Source: a virus | Lineage: Duplodnaviria; Caudoviricetes | DNA: 64,000 nt | Virus record (IMG/VR): IMGVR_UViG_3300033066_001054 | Reading direction: 5' to 3' (one strand) | Shown here: piece by piece, positions 8,634 through 18,037 of the stretch | Layout of the letters: each line of letters starts with the position of its first letter | Numbering within the stretch: position 1 is the first letter of the stretch | Notes under the pieces: generated by a model | What the model saw: the letters and a program-made list of their open reading frames with translations, nothing else | What the model was told of the DNA's origin: nothing | The model's database searches: none | Program-made: the position numbers and the translations under genes

Positions 8634-9602
8634 ATGGCTAACGGCAACGACATCCGTATTTTTTGTGGCAATGCTCATCGTGGTCTGGCAGAAGAAGTCG
8701 CCTCTCATTTGGGTGTGAGGGTTGGCAAAATGACATGTAGTCGTTTCAGCGATGGTGAAATTCGAGTAACCATTGATGAATCGGCGCGAGGGAATGATGT
8801 GAATATCATTCAGCCAACATGTGCCCCCACCAATGACAACCTTATGGAGCTGTTAATTATCCTTGATGCTTTCCGCAGGGCATCAGTAGATGAGATTAAC
8901 GTTGTCATTCCATACTTTGGGTATGCGCGTCAGGATAAAAAGGTCAAGCCCCGAGAACCAATCACGTCTGCGCTTGTGGCGGATTTGATTCAGACTGCCG
9001 GCGCGACTCGAGTTATGGTTGTCGACATTCACGCCGAACAGATTCAAGGCTTCTTCCGAATTCCTGTTGACCACTTATATGCCGGTCCTGTGATTGTAGA
9101 TTATTACGAGCAGATTGGCTACGTGGAACGAGACGACATTGTTATCGTTTCACCGGACGTTTCTGGTGTTGCTCGTGCGCGAAATCTTGCAGAAGCTCTC
9201 CATGCCCCTATCGCCATTATTGCCAAGCGACGCCCAGATGCCAATGTTGTGGAAATCGTTGAGGTTATCGGTAATGTTGCAGGCAAGCACTGCATCATGA
9301 TTGATGACATGCTTGACACAGGTGGAACAATTTTGGCTGGTGCCGAGGCATTGATTAAGAATGGTGCAATCAGTGTTGAGGTTGCTGTGACGCACCCAGT
9401 TCTTAGCGGGAATGCATCACAAAGGCTACAAGAATCCGATGTCATTACACGAGTGACGTGTCTAGACACTGTACCAATTCCATTTGAGAAACGATTCGAC
9501 AAGCTCAATGTCTTGTCTGTCGCGCCTCTGATTGGTGCTGCCATTCAGCGATTGCACGATAACAAGTCCGTGAGTGAGTTGTTTAGCAAGTGGCGACAGT
9601 AG
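8634..9602 (+). CDS. prs: Ribose-phosphate pyrophosphokinase (PRPP synthetase)
   Basis: FSDGE, NDNLMEL, PYFGYARQD, DIHAEQIQGFF, VSPD and DDMLDTGGT motifs. Confidence 0.96.
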   Translation: MANGNDIRIFCGNAHRGLAEEVASHLGVRVGKMTCSRFSDGEIRVTIDESARGNDVNIIQPTCAPTNDNLMELLIILDAFRRASVDEINVVIPYFGYARQDKKVKPREPITSALVADLIQTAGATRVMVVDIHAEQIQGFFRIPVDHLYAGPVIVDYYEQIGYVERDDIVIVSPDVSGVARARNLAEALHAPIAIIAKRRPDANVVEIVEVIGNVAGKHCIMIDDMLDTGGTILAGAEALIKNGAISVEVAVTHPVLSGNASQRLQESDVITRVTCLDTVPIPFEKRFDKLNVLSVAPLIGAAIQRLHDNKSVSELFSKWRQ

Positions 9603-9633
9603 GTGTGTGGTCTTTGTTGGCTAAATCCATATT

Positions 9634-10410
9634 ATGGGAACTGCCAAGGTCGGCATACTTTATGTGCATGGAATAGGCACACAAGGTCATAACTTTGCAG
9701 ACAGAGATATAGCTCTGATGCAGAAGATGCTTGGAGAACATGCCGAGCATGTTGCTTTTTCATCTTATTGCTGGCAGTCGCTTATTGAGCCAAGAGAACG
9801 TGAATTGATGCAGAAAAACCAGCGTGTGGGCTGGAGGTTCTTACGAAGACTATTGGCATCTTATGGTGGAGATGCGCTCTGCTATCAGCCAAGACACGGA
9901 CTGGATTCGTTCTATAAAGAAGCACATCGTGGCCTAGACAATGCGCTGCTAATCCTTCATCACAAGATGGCCAAAGACGGCAAGCTGATTATTGTTGCGC
10001 ACAGTCTTGGAACAATCATTGTCAACAACTTCATTTGGGATTACCAGAATGAGGGTTCGGTCGGAGCCGCTGCATATGAACCCGCTGGTAGTGCGCTCGA
10101 TAGACTGAGCGTGCTTTATACTCTTGGTTCTCCACTTTCAGTTTGGTCGATGAGATTCCCAGATGGTGGTACACCAATCTCACTGCCTAGTGGCTGTCTC
10201 TGGAGAAACATCTATAGTCCAGCCGACATTATTGGTTGGCCAATTCGCACAATCAATTCTGCATACATGACATTGTCTGGTTTGCGCGATTTCAGAATGT
10301 GGGTGGGTGGTATTTTGACCAGGTGGAATCCGGGGTCGCACCTGGCCTATGCAAGAAGCAAGAAGGTAGTCAAAATGATTGCCGATGACGTAGTCCGTAT
10401 TATGGAATAA
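9634..10410 (+). CDS. Alpha/beta-hydrolase-like protein
   Basis: VHGIG, AHSLG nucleophile elbow, TLGSP, D and terminal SH. Confidence 0.7.
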   Translation: MGTAKVGILYVHGIGTQGHNFADRDIALMQKMLGEHAEHVAFSSYCWQSLIEPRERELMQKNQRVGWRFLRRLLASYGGDALCYQPRHGLDSFYKEAHRGLDNALLILHHKMAKDGKLIIVAHSLGTIIVNNFIWDYQNEGSVGAAAYEPAGSALDRLSVLYTLGSPLSVWSMRFPDGGTPISLPSGCLWRNIYSPADIIGWPIRTINSAYMTLSGLRDFRMWVGGILTRWNPGSHLAYARSKKVVKMIADDVVRIME

Positions 10411-10915
10411 CGTCAATCTCAACAACTTTCATTGACGTGTATTTACCTTCGCAATGATACTCATACTCGTCTGACACAGGGATGTCGTTTTCTTCTGCCC
10501 AGTCTTCATACGTGAAACTGTCCATCAACTTTCCTGCCTCTGCTCGTGCTGTTTCAAAATCTGGATATGGGCCGCAGAAAAACTCACAATCACCATTTCT
10601 GGTGTACTCGTCGTTGTAGTAATCTGAGAACCCGGTGTTGACAAGAACCATGAATCGTTTTTCGGTTTTTGGCGAATCTACAAATTCATACTGATATTCT
10701 CCAGCGCCTGTTGGGAAATACTTGTCTGGTTTCAAGTTCCAGTCATCAGATGCAAACCACATGGTTTGGCTTTTGATGACTCGATTGCGGACAAGTTCAG
10801 ACATTGCTTCATCTGCTGGCTTGTCGGTGTGAACTGGCAACACTTGTGTGAATGACTCTGAAAGTGTTTTGCCTTGGTGTACGATGGTTTTTGTCGTGCG
10901 CGTGAGCGTAAGCAT
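10400..10915 (-). CDS. Hypothetical protein
   Basis: 171-aa ORF with TGG-TATCAT 6 nt before the ATG. Confidence 0.65.
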   Translation of the reverse strand: MLTLTRTTKTIVHQGKTLSESFTQVLPVHTDKPADEAMSELVRNRVIKSQTMWFASDDWNLKPDKYFPTGAGEYQYEFVDSPKTEKRFMVLVNTGFSDYYNDEYTRNGDCEFFCGPYPDFETARAEAGKLMDSFTYEDWAEENDIPVSDEYEYHCEGKYTSMKVVEIDVIP

Positions 10916-10952
10916 TTGATTATGATACCATGTTTTGTGGTATCATTTGGGC
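10916..10952. promoter_or_regulatory. Back-to-back divergent leaderless promoters
   Basis: Inverted repeat ATGATACCA (10922-30) / TGGTATCAT (10938-46). Each TATCAT lies 6 nt before an ATG (10915 on -, 10953 on +). Confidence 0.7.
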
Positions 10953-11636
10953 ATGTTGAAAAACATCGTAGCGGTCAATGAAATGCTCCCAAGTTCGCTT
11001 CAGGGCGAGTATCGAGCATTTGTTTTTGCGCACGTTGGCCCGGACGGTTGTGTTTTGCACATATATGGCGGTCCTGAGCTTCAAAATGTAAATGAAAAGT
11101 ACTTAGAGGATTGCGTTTTCATTGGTGGCATGCATCGCCTCAACCCAGACAGGATGACAATTATCAAGTCTTTGGTTGCGATTCCTGTACGAGAAACGTC
11201 AACTCATGCCGGCATTGAGCTTGCACAAGAATGCATTTCTGAAAGTCCATCAAGGTCTACCGACTTTGGATTCAACGAACCAATCTTGTTTGAACACTCT
11301 GACAAATACCGCATCAATATTGCCGGTCGCAATCCCAATCCAGAATTCTTCCATAAGTGCCCGTCGTTTCAAGAGACAGACAACCAACATCATCCATTTT
11401 TGTTGTTTGAGATTGAGTCAAAACAGTCCGAAGTTCGTATCATACACAACCCACAACAATTACTTCAATATCCAAAGCACACTCAAGTGATGGTTCAGTG
11501 GCCTGGTAAATGGTCTAGTCACTTTTTTACGTTCAAAATCGGTGAATTGTTGGATTACATGTGCGACAATAATATAGACGTGTCAAAGCTGGGAACACCG
11601 GCATTTGCCGCTGGACAACAAGAATGGAATATCTAG
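10953..11636 (+). CDS. Hypothetical protein
   Basis: Long ORF overlapping the speD start. Confidence 0.6.
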   Translation: MLKNIVAVNEMLPSSLQGEYRAFVFAHVGPDGCVLHIYGGPELQNVNEKYLEDCVFIGGMHRLNPDRMTIIKSLVAIPVRETSTHAGIELAQECISESPSRSTDFGFNEPILFEHSDKYRINIAGRNPNPEFFHKCPSFQETDNQHHPFLLFEIESKQSEVRIIHNPQQLLQYPKHTQVMVQWPGKWSSHFFTFKIGELLDYMCDNNIDVSKLGTPAFAAGQQEWNI

Positions 11637-12025
11637 GTCATCATATTGTTCTCGACTTTCACGGCTGTAGCCCAACAGTACTTGCCGATTGTGAACTCAT
11701 GCGCAAAATCATGTCTGAGGCAGCAGTTCGCGCAGAGTGTCATGTAGTTGGTGAATTCTATCACGAATTCGAACCGCATGGCATCAGCGGATGCACGATT
11801 ATCAGCGAGTCGCACCTGACAATTCATGCGTGGCCAGAACACGGCTATGCTGCGGTCGATTTCTTCTATTGCGGCAATTCGGTTTTGGCAGATTTGGCCA
11901 TTGATTACATGAGCGAAATGTTTCAGTCTGGTCGCGTTGACAGGCACGAATTAGGGCGAGGCGCAGTCGACAAATCTGGAGTTTTTGGTTCGGTTTTAAT
12001 TGCCGGCGACGATTTTGACAAATGA
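11624..12025 (+). CDS. speD: S-adenosylmethionine decarboxylase proenzyme
   Basis: GHH...HEFEPHGISG..ISESHLTIHAWPEHGYAAVD..C, with the E|SH self-cleavage site. Confidence 0.92.
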   Translation: MEYLGHHIVLDFHGCSPTVLADCELMRKIMSEAAVRAECHVVGEFYHEFEPHGISGCTIISESHLTIHAWPEHGYAAVDFFYCGNSVLADLAIDYMSEMFQSGRVDRHELGRGAVDKSGVFGSVLIAGDDFDK

Positions 12026-12093
12026 CACCACGAGTCGCAAGAAATGTGGTATCATAATGATGCAAGGGCTTAAAAACCCTGGAGAAACAAACA

Positions 12094-12912
12094 ATGAATG
12101 TACATCTTCTGATTATTGACCCGCAGAACGACTTCTGCGACCCAACAACAGGCGCATTGTACGTTGGCGGTGCAGACCAGGACATGAATCGTCTGGCAGA
12201 TATGATTGACCGGCTAGGTTCTTCCATCTCTGACATTCACGTGACACTGGACTCGCATCATCTTAACGACATCGCCCATCCTAACTGGTGGAGAGACAGC
12301 GCAGGCAACCCTCCTTCCCCTTTCACCATCATCACAGCGGCGGATGTCGAGAACCAAGTTTGGACTACTACAGTCCCAGGACTCTACCGTCGCTCTCTCG
12401 AGTATGTTCGGTCTCTTGAATCGAACCAGCGATATCCTCTGTGCATTTGGCCTCCGCACTGCCTTATCGGCACCAATGGCGCGGCAATCTGGCCTCGACT
12501 CATGACCAGCCTTAACAAGTGGGCGGCATCAGAGAACAGCACTATTGACTTCGTCACAAAGGGTTCAAATGTGTTTACGGAGCACTACTCGGCTGTCAAG
12601 GCAGACGTTCCAGACCCGCTTGACCCCACAACTCAAATCAACACTCGCCTGATTGACGTTCTGCAGAGCGCAGACATGATTGCCATTGCCGGCGAAGCAT
12701 CTTCTCACTGTGTTGCTAACACTGTTCGAGACATTGCTGACGCTTTTGGCAACGACAGTTACGTCAAGAAGCTGGTGTTCATTTCCGACGCATCAAGTCC
12801 CGTTACTGGCTTTGAGCAGTACAGCGATTCGTTCATCAATGAGATGACCGCACGCGGAATGCAGATGAGCACAACGGCAGACTTTCTGGTTCGCCAGATG
12901 GCCACGGTTTAA
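12094..12912 (+). CDS. Nicotinamidase/isochorismatase-family cysteine hydrolase (PncA-like)
   Basis: IDPQNDF, D-S-H, WPPHC, TKG and GEASSHCV give the Asp/Lys/Cys triad and metal ligands. SD GGAGA. Confidence 0.88.
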   Translation: MNVHLLIIDPQNDFCDPTTGALYVGGADQDMNRLADMIDRLGSSISDIHVTLDSHHLNDIAHPNWWRDSAGNPPSPFTIITAADVENQVWTTTVPGLYRRSLEYVRSLESNQRYPLCIWPPHCLIGTNGAAIWPRLMTSLNKWAASENSTIDFVTKGSNVFTEHYSAVKADVPDPLDPTTQINTRLIDVLQSADMIAIAGEASSHCVANTVRDIADAFGNDSYVKKLVFISDASSPVTGFEQYSDSFINEMTARGMQMSTTADFLVRQMATV

Positions 12913-12921
12913 GGAGAAACA

Positions 12922-13665
12922 ATGCCAAAAATCTTTGACCCTACTCTCGAAAACCACACCTTGGCCACCAGTCATTATGGATTTTCGGCTGAGAGCATCA
13001 ACAACCTTGGTGCAACCGAGTACACGCTTGTCACAGTTGCCGCTGATACCAGCAGCAGCGTTCATGGATTCGCAAATGAAATCGAGGAATGTCTCAAGAA
13101 CATTCTCCGCGCATGTCGCTACAGTCCGCGAGCTGATAACCTGATGGTTCGCGTTGTTGAATTCAACGACCAAATCAACGAACTTCACGGCTATACTCTT
13201 CTTGAGAAGCTGAAGGAAGACGATTACAATGGAGCGATTCGTCCCAGAGGCAGCACCGCACTGTACGACGCTTCATACAACGCCATTGAGGCCGCGAGTA
13301 CTTACGGAAAGCACCTTAATGACATGGACTACACTGTGAATGCTATTGTTGTTGTGCTGACAGATGGCGAAGAGAACGCCAGTTCTATTCGCTCGGCGCA
13401 GATGATTGCTGACCAGGTATCCAACATCACTCGCACAGAGACCCTTGAGTCCGTAAGGACTATTCTTGTTGGTCTCAACGCCTCGTCTCAACTGAACTCG
13501 TATCTGACCGACTTCAAGGATAACGCGAAGTTTGACCAGTACGTTTCGGTTCAGGATGCCAGCCCGAAGAGCATTGCCAAAGTCGCAGACTTTATCTCGC
13601 GCAGTATTTCTGCTCAGAGCCAGAGCCTCGGCACTGGTGGGCCTTCTGTGCCGTTGACATTCTAA
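12922..13665 (+). CDS. vWA (TerY-like) MIDAS domain protein
   Basis: DTSSS (DxSxS), GSTALYDA and VLTDGEEN motifs. SD AAGGAG. Confidence 0.88.
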   Translation: MPKIFDPTLENHTLATSHYGFSAESINNLGATEYTLVTVAADTSSSVHGFANEIEECLKNILRACRYSPRADNLMVRVVEFNDQINELHGYTLLEKLKEDDYNGAIRPRGSTALYDASYNAIEAASTYGKHLNDMDYTVNAIVVVLTDGEENASSIRSAQMIADQVSNITRTETLESVRTILVGLNASSQLNSYLTDFKDNAKFDQYVSVQDASPKSIAKVADFISRSISAQSQSLGTGGPSVPLTF

Positions 13666-13671
13666 CGACTA

Positions 13672-13699
13672 GAGCGTGCCGGCTGGAACCGGCACGCTC
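13672..13699 (+). promoter_or_regulatory. GC-rich intergenic hairpin without U-tract
   Basis: GAGCGTGCCGG-ctggaa-CCGGCACGCTC, an 11-bp perfect stem. Confidence 0.6.
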
Positions 13700-13711
13700 A
13701 TACAAACGCTA

Positions 13712-14578
13712 ATGCCAGCAGATTCTTACTACACCAAAGGTTGGACTCACACAGTTTGCCAGGATTATGCAATCCATGGTTCTCTGGTGACATTGTCTGA
13801 CAACGAAAAGACGCGAATGGACTATGGTCTAGTGTCTGATGGTTGTTCATCGAGCGATGACACAGATATTGGTTCGCGATTGATTTTGCGTTCTGCATAT
13901 TGTCATTCTGGTTGCATGCAAAACATATTGCGTTGCGTGGATGCCGAAGGCGGCAACTACATGGGTAACGCCAATGGTTTGTGGACTGATTTTGCTCACA
14001 AAGTTGCTATGTACGCCGGTAAATGGGTTAGTGAAATGGAGCTAGACCAAACCGCGTTAGATGCCACGCTACTGGGCGCATTTGCAGACAATAAATGGGC
14101 ATGTACAGCCAGTTACGGCGACGGTTCTCATATTGTTTGTCGAAGAGTTGGAACAGAGCGAGTCATTGAAATCGAACACATTGATTTCTTGGCCAATGCG
14201 CCACCCTATCCTGTGTATTTGACAGACAATGAATTGCAAAGCGCATTTGCCAATTACAGTGGAAACACGAAGCGCGTTATGCGTTGGACATCCAAGGGCG
14301 AGTTCGAAGAGAGACTTGGTGGTGAACCAAGTCATGTTCTCGTGTATCCCGCCGAAGAAGTTGAGTTTGTCGCAGTGGTTTCAGATGGTGTTTCGTCATT
14401 TGGCGATATTGGATGCTTTGAAGTAATTCAGGCATTCACGGCATTCAGAAACTATGCTGGCGAATTCGTCAAAAGGCGAATGATGCGAGCTCTTGACGAA
14501 TATCAAAAGAGCCAGCATGTCCCATCGGACGATGTTTCGATGGCTGTTGTTTACGCACGATACGGTCATGCAATATAA
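13712..14578 (+). CDS. PP2C-family protein phosphatase (TerY-P type)
   Basis: H..CQD, VSDGCSS, DATL, GDG, VSDG and DDVS motifs. Confidence 0.88.
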   Translation: MPADSYYTKGWTHTVCQDYAIHGSLVTLSDNEKTRMDYGLVSDGCSSSDDTDIGSRLILRSAYCHSGCMQNILRCVDAEGGNYMGNANGLWTDFAHKVAMYAGKWVSEMELDQTALDATLLGAFADNKWACTASYGDGSHIVCRRVGTERVIEIEHIDFLANAPPYPVYLTDNELQSAFANYSGNTKRVMRWTSKGEFEERLGGEPSHVLVYPAEEVEFVAVVSDGVSSFGDIGCFEVIQAFTAFRNYAGEFVKRRMMRALDEYQKSQHVPSDDVSMAVVYARYGHAI

Positions 14579-16229
14579 GGTTGGTTCCAAGACTGTTACC
14601 CTCTCCAACAAAGACCTAAAGGGTTCTGGCGGAGAGGGCAGTGTGTATGTCAAGGGCAGTTCTGCTTACAAAATCTACCATGACCGCAACAAGATGTTGC
14701 CACTTGGTAAGATTCAAGAATTATCCGCAATTCAAGACCCGAGGGTTATCAGGCCACTCGAGGTTGTTTCTGATGCCCAAGGACCGGTTGGGTACAGCAT
14801 GATTGCAACACCACAAGACGCATGTGTGCTGTGTCAATATTTTCCGCGTGCATTTCGAACCAGGTTCAGTCTTGACAGCGCTTTCTCAAATGCGCTTGTA
14901 GAAGAAATCCGCTCTGGTGTTGAAAACATTCACAAAGCTGGCGTGTTGTTGGTCGACCTTAATGAAATGAATTTTCTTTTTAAGACACAGAGTCCAAATG
15001 TGTTTTTCATTGATGTTGATTCATACCAAACCCCGCACCACAACGCCACAGCTTTGATGGAGAGTGTTCGTGACAGGCACGCAAAGCAAAACCAATTCAA
15101 CCTTGGCACAGACTGGTTTGCGTTTGCGATTGTGAGCTTCCAGATTTTTACCGGCATTCACCCGTACAAAGGCAAGCACCCTAGCCTCAAGACAATTGAT
15201 GAGAGAATGCTTGCAAACATTTCTGTATTGAATTCATCTGTAAATGTTCCTGGTGCGTGTCTGCCGTTTGATGTAATACCGGCCAATTATCGTGATTGGT
15301 ACGAAAGAGTTCTCGAGAAGGGTGAGCGAAGTGAGCCGCCTACATGCACGACTTCACCAGTGGTCATACTCAAAACCGTTAGTCTTGCTGGTGGTGGAAA
15401 GATTCGGATTATCCATGTTATGCAAGCGCAGTCAGATATCGCAGATTACTATAACGGCGCATATGTCTTTTCTGGCAACGTGTGTGACGCACACGGTATC
15501 AGGAAGGCGTCTAATCTCGTTGGTGAGGTTCGATTGTTTGGAACCAAGACCGGCACCGCAGCGGCTTATGTCAAATACGGAATTCTTCACGTAGTAGACC
15601 TGAACACTGGCAATGATATTGACAGCGGTGTTGCATGTAGTTCTATGTCGTTGTGTGATGGCAAGCTGGTTTACCAATCTGGCGAATACCTTTATGCGGC
15701 CGATTTGATGCCGGCAGGCAGTAATATTTTGTTCACCAAAAAGCAAATAGCAAACGTATTGCCCCTTGGCACACAGCTTTATGACGGTGTTGCAATGCAA
15801 GATTTGCTTGAGGCCAAATATGCAACGATTCTTTCCAAAGACGGAGCGCACCAAATCAAACTGGCTGAGATTTCTGGACACCGAGTAATCTCGGCAAAGT
15901 GTCTTGGCAGAGTCCTTGTTGTTATTGCGGAGTCCAAGGGTGTTTACAATCGTCACGTATACAGGTTTGATGACACGTTCCAGAAATATGACCACAGAGT
16001 TGTAGATGATGTTGGTGTTGGCGAGGCAAACTTCTGCGTATTGGACAGTGGTGTCACATTGCTTATGTGTAATGATGATTCACTTGAGGTGTTCTCGTCC
16101 AAGATTCATTCTGGCAGCATCAGCACCGTGAATGACCCCGCAATCAACAGCAACTGTAGTCTGTTCTCTGTCGGTTCGAAGGCAATGTACATTTACGGAA
16201 ATAAGGTTGACCAGTTCACAATGTCTTAG
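14568..16229 (+). CDS. Ser/Thr protein kinase-like protein with beta-rich C-terminal region (TerY-P type)
   Basis: GSGGEG, AYKIY, DLNEMN, IDVDSY, TDWFAF and GIHPY motifs. Confidence 0.88.
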   Translation: MQYKVGSKTVTLSNKDLKGSGGEGSVYVKGSSAYKIYHDRNKMLPLGKIQELSAIQDPRVIRPLEVVSDAQGPVGYSMIATPQDACVLCQYFPRAFRTRFSLDSAFSNALVEEIRSGVENIHKAGVLLVDLNEMNFLFKTQSPNVFFIDVDSYQTPHHNATALMESVRDRHAKQNQFNLGTDWFAFAIVSFQIFTGIHPYKGKHPSLKTIDERMLANISVLNSSVNVPGACLPFDVIPANYRDWYERVLEKGERSEPPTCTTSPVVILKTVSLAGGGKIRIIHVMQAQSDIADYYNGAYVFSGNVCDAHGIRKASNLVGEVRLFGTKTGTAAAYVKYGILHVVDLNTGNDIDSGVACSSMSLCDGKLVYQSGEYLYAADLMPAGSNILFTKKQIANVLPLGTQLYDGVAMQDLLEAKYATILSKDGAHQIKLAEISGHRVISAKCLGRVLVVIAESKGVYNRHVYRFDDTFQKYDHRVVDDVGVGEANFCVLDSGVTLLMCNDDSLEVFSSKIHSGSISTVNDPAINSNCSLFSVGSKAMYIYGNKVDQFTMS

Positions 16230-16243
16230 GGTATACTAACAAC

Positions 16244-18037
16244 ATGCAAGTAAGTATGGCGCAAATCAGAGTCAAATCTGGTGACATCGAAGGTAATCTC
16301 AGTCGTATTCTCGGCGCACTCGAAGAGGTTCCTGAAAGCACCGATGTCGTCCTCTTCCCAGAAATGTGTATCTCTGGATACAACGTTGGGTGTTTGTTTG
16401 AATACGAACAATTCATCCAAGACTGCACCAACGCAGTTGAACGAGTTGCGCAAGCAGCCAGGTCGATTAGAGAAAATCTGATTGTGGTTGTTGGTGCCCC
16501 GCGATTTGCCAACAATCCTGTAGATGACCAGGGTAATGTTCGACTTCACAATTCGGCCTTTGTTATCAAAAACGGTCAGGTCATCCACATTTATGACAAG
16601 CACATTCTTGCAAACGATTATCACCACGAAGACCGCAAGTATTTTGTGCCAGGTACTACTTCGCCTATCGTGCCAGGCCACCCGCTTGCCGTTCTAATTT
16701 GTGAAGATATTTGGCACAAGGAAACTCTCGAGAGTTTGACTGACAATATTCGTTCTGCTGAGCTCAATGGACAACCAAGGGTCAGCGAACTATTGGTTCT
16801 CAACTTTTCGTATTACTGCGCGGACAAACTCCCGTCTCGACACTCAAACGCACAGCTTATTGCCACTAATGCTGACATTAACGTGTATTACTGCAATGCC
16901 ATTGGTCTTGGCGACATTAGCAAGAACATCCTGGTATATGACGGTGCGAGTTTTGTTGTCTACTCTGACGGTGGTCGCCTGGACGCGCCCAGATACACTT
17001 CCGGTGTCTATCACAATGGCAACATGTGGCCTGCTCCGTACCCCTCATGGGAAGAGGAAACCATGGAGTCTTTGGTTTACGCCGTGCGCTATGCTTGGGA
17101 AGAATTTGGACTCAAGTGTGCGCAAGTACACCTGTCTGGTGGTGTAGATAGCAGTGTGGTCGCTGTAATCGCCGTAGAGGCACTTGGAAAGAAGAATGTG
17201 ACATTCGTTACCAACCCAGGCGAACACACGTCTAAAACGACTCTCAAGCTGGCAAAGCAGGTTGCTCATGGACTCGATGTGCCATTGACAGTATTGCCTG
17301 TCAAGACCATGGAAAGCGCACTTGGCAAAGTGTTCGCGAAGATTGGCAACGTCGCATCAATCACCAAGTCGACAATCTCTGCTGTTGGTCGCACAGTTGT
17401 TGGTCTTGCGATGACCAACCAGCAATTTGCAGACGGTAAGCCAACTGGAATTTTAGCAACAGGCAATCACACCGAGAACTATCTTGGTTGGTGTAACTTC
17501 CATGATATTGGAAGCATTGGCGTCATGCAACCCATTGGAGACTTGACAAAGACTGAACTCTTTGCGCTTTGTCGATATATCAACTCCATGAATGAAACCA
17601 ACTTGATTCCAAGAGAGTTGATTGATGGCCGTGTTAAGCCGATGGCAGAGCTGGCTGACACAGACGTGGACCCATTCGACTACTATCTATGTTCTGGTAT
17701 TTGCGCCGAAATGCTCCGTGCTCGAGCGACGCCTCGTCAGCTTCTTGAGCAGTTCGACTCAAAAACCCTAAATCCGACTTCGTTCCCTGGCCCAGAGGTA
17801 TACGAGTACAGTCGTGCGTTATTTGCGTCTACTTGTGAGGACGTAGCGCGACGTGCGCAACGCTCGGTATACAAGTCTGCACAGCATGCTCCTGTGTTGG
17901 TGTTAAGCAAGCGAACTCGAGGTTTCAGCGCAAGAGAAACACTTATCAATCACTACAAGTGGAGTTCGGCTCGGCCCACCGGCAGAAGTGCTAGTGTAAG
18001 CGACCAAGACTCAAATAAGTCCATCCTTGTTGTTTGA
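16244..18037 (+). CDS. nadE: Glutamine-dependent NAD+ synthetase
   Basis: CN-hydrolase domain (FPE, YDK, ICED) fused to an NAD synthase domain (LSGGVDSS, TGN.TE, PIGDLTKT, P.AEL). Confidence 0.92.
   Translation: MQVSMAQIRVKSGDIEGNLSRILGALEEVPESTDVVLFPEMCISGYNVGCLFEYEQFIQDCTNAVERVAQAARSIRENLIVVVGAPRFANNPVDDQGNVRLHNSAFVIKNGQVIHIYDKHILANDYHHEDRKYFVPGTTSPIVPGHPLAVLICEDIWHKETLESLTDNIRSAELNGQPRVSELLVLNFSYYCADKLPSRHSNAQLIATNADINVYYCNAIGLGDISKNILVYDGASFVVYSDGGRLDAPRYTSGVYHNGNMWPAPYPSWEEETMESLVYAVRYAWEEFGLKCAQVHLSGGVDSSVVAVIAVEALGKKNVTFVTNPGEHTSKTTLKLAKQVAHGLDVPLTVLPVKTMESALGKVFAKIGNVASITKSTISAVGRTVVGLAMTNQQFADGKPTGILATGNHTENYLGWCNFHDIGSIGVMQPIGDLTKTELFALCRYINSMNETNLIPRELIDGRVKPMAELADTDVDPFDYYLCSGICAEMLRARATPRQLLEQFDSKTLNPTSFPGPEVYEYSRALFASTCEDVARRAQRSVYKSAQHAPVLVLSKRTRGFSARETLINHYKWSSARPTGRSASVSDQDSNKSILVV

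Noticed and set aside
8634-9602. Prs as the NARP1 ADPR-PP synthetase
   Set aside because: It looks like a full canonical bacterial Prs and no Nampt-like partner is adjacent. This is not excluded without an assay.
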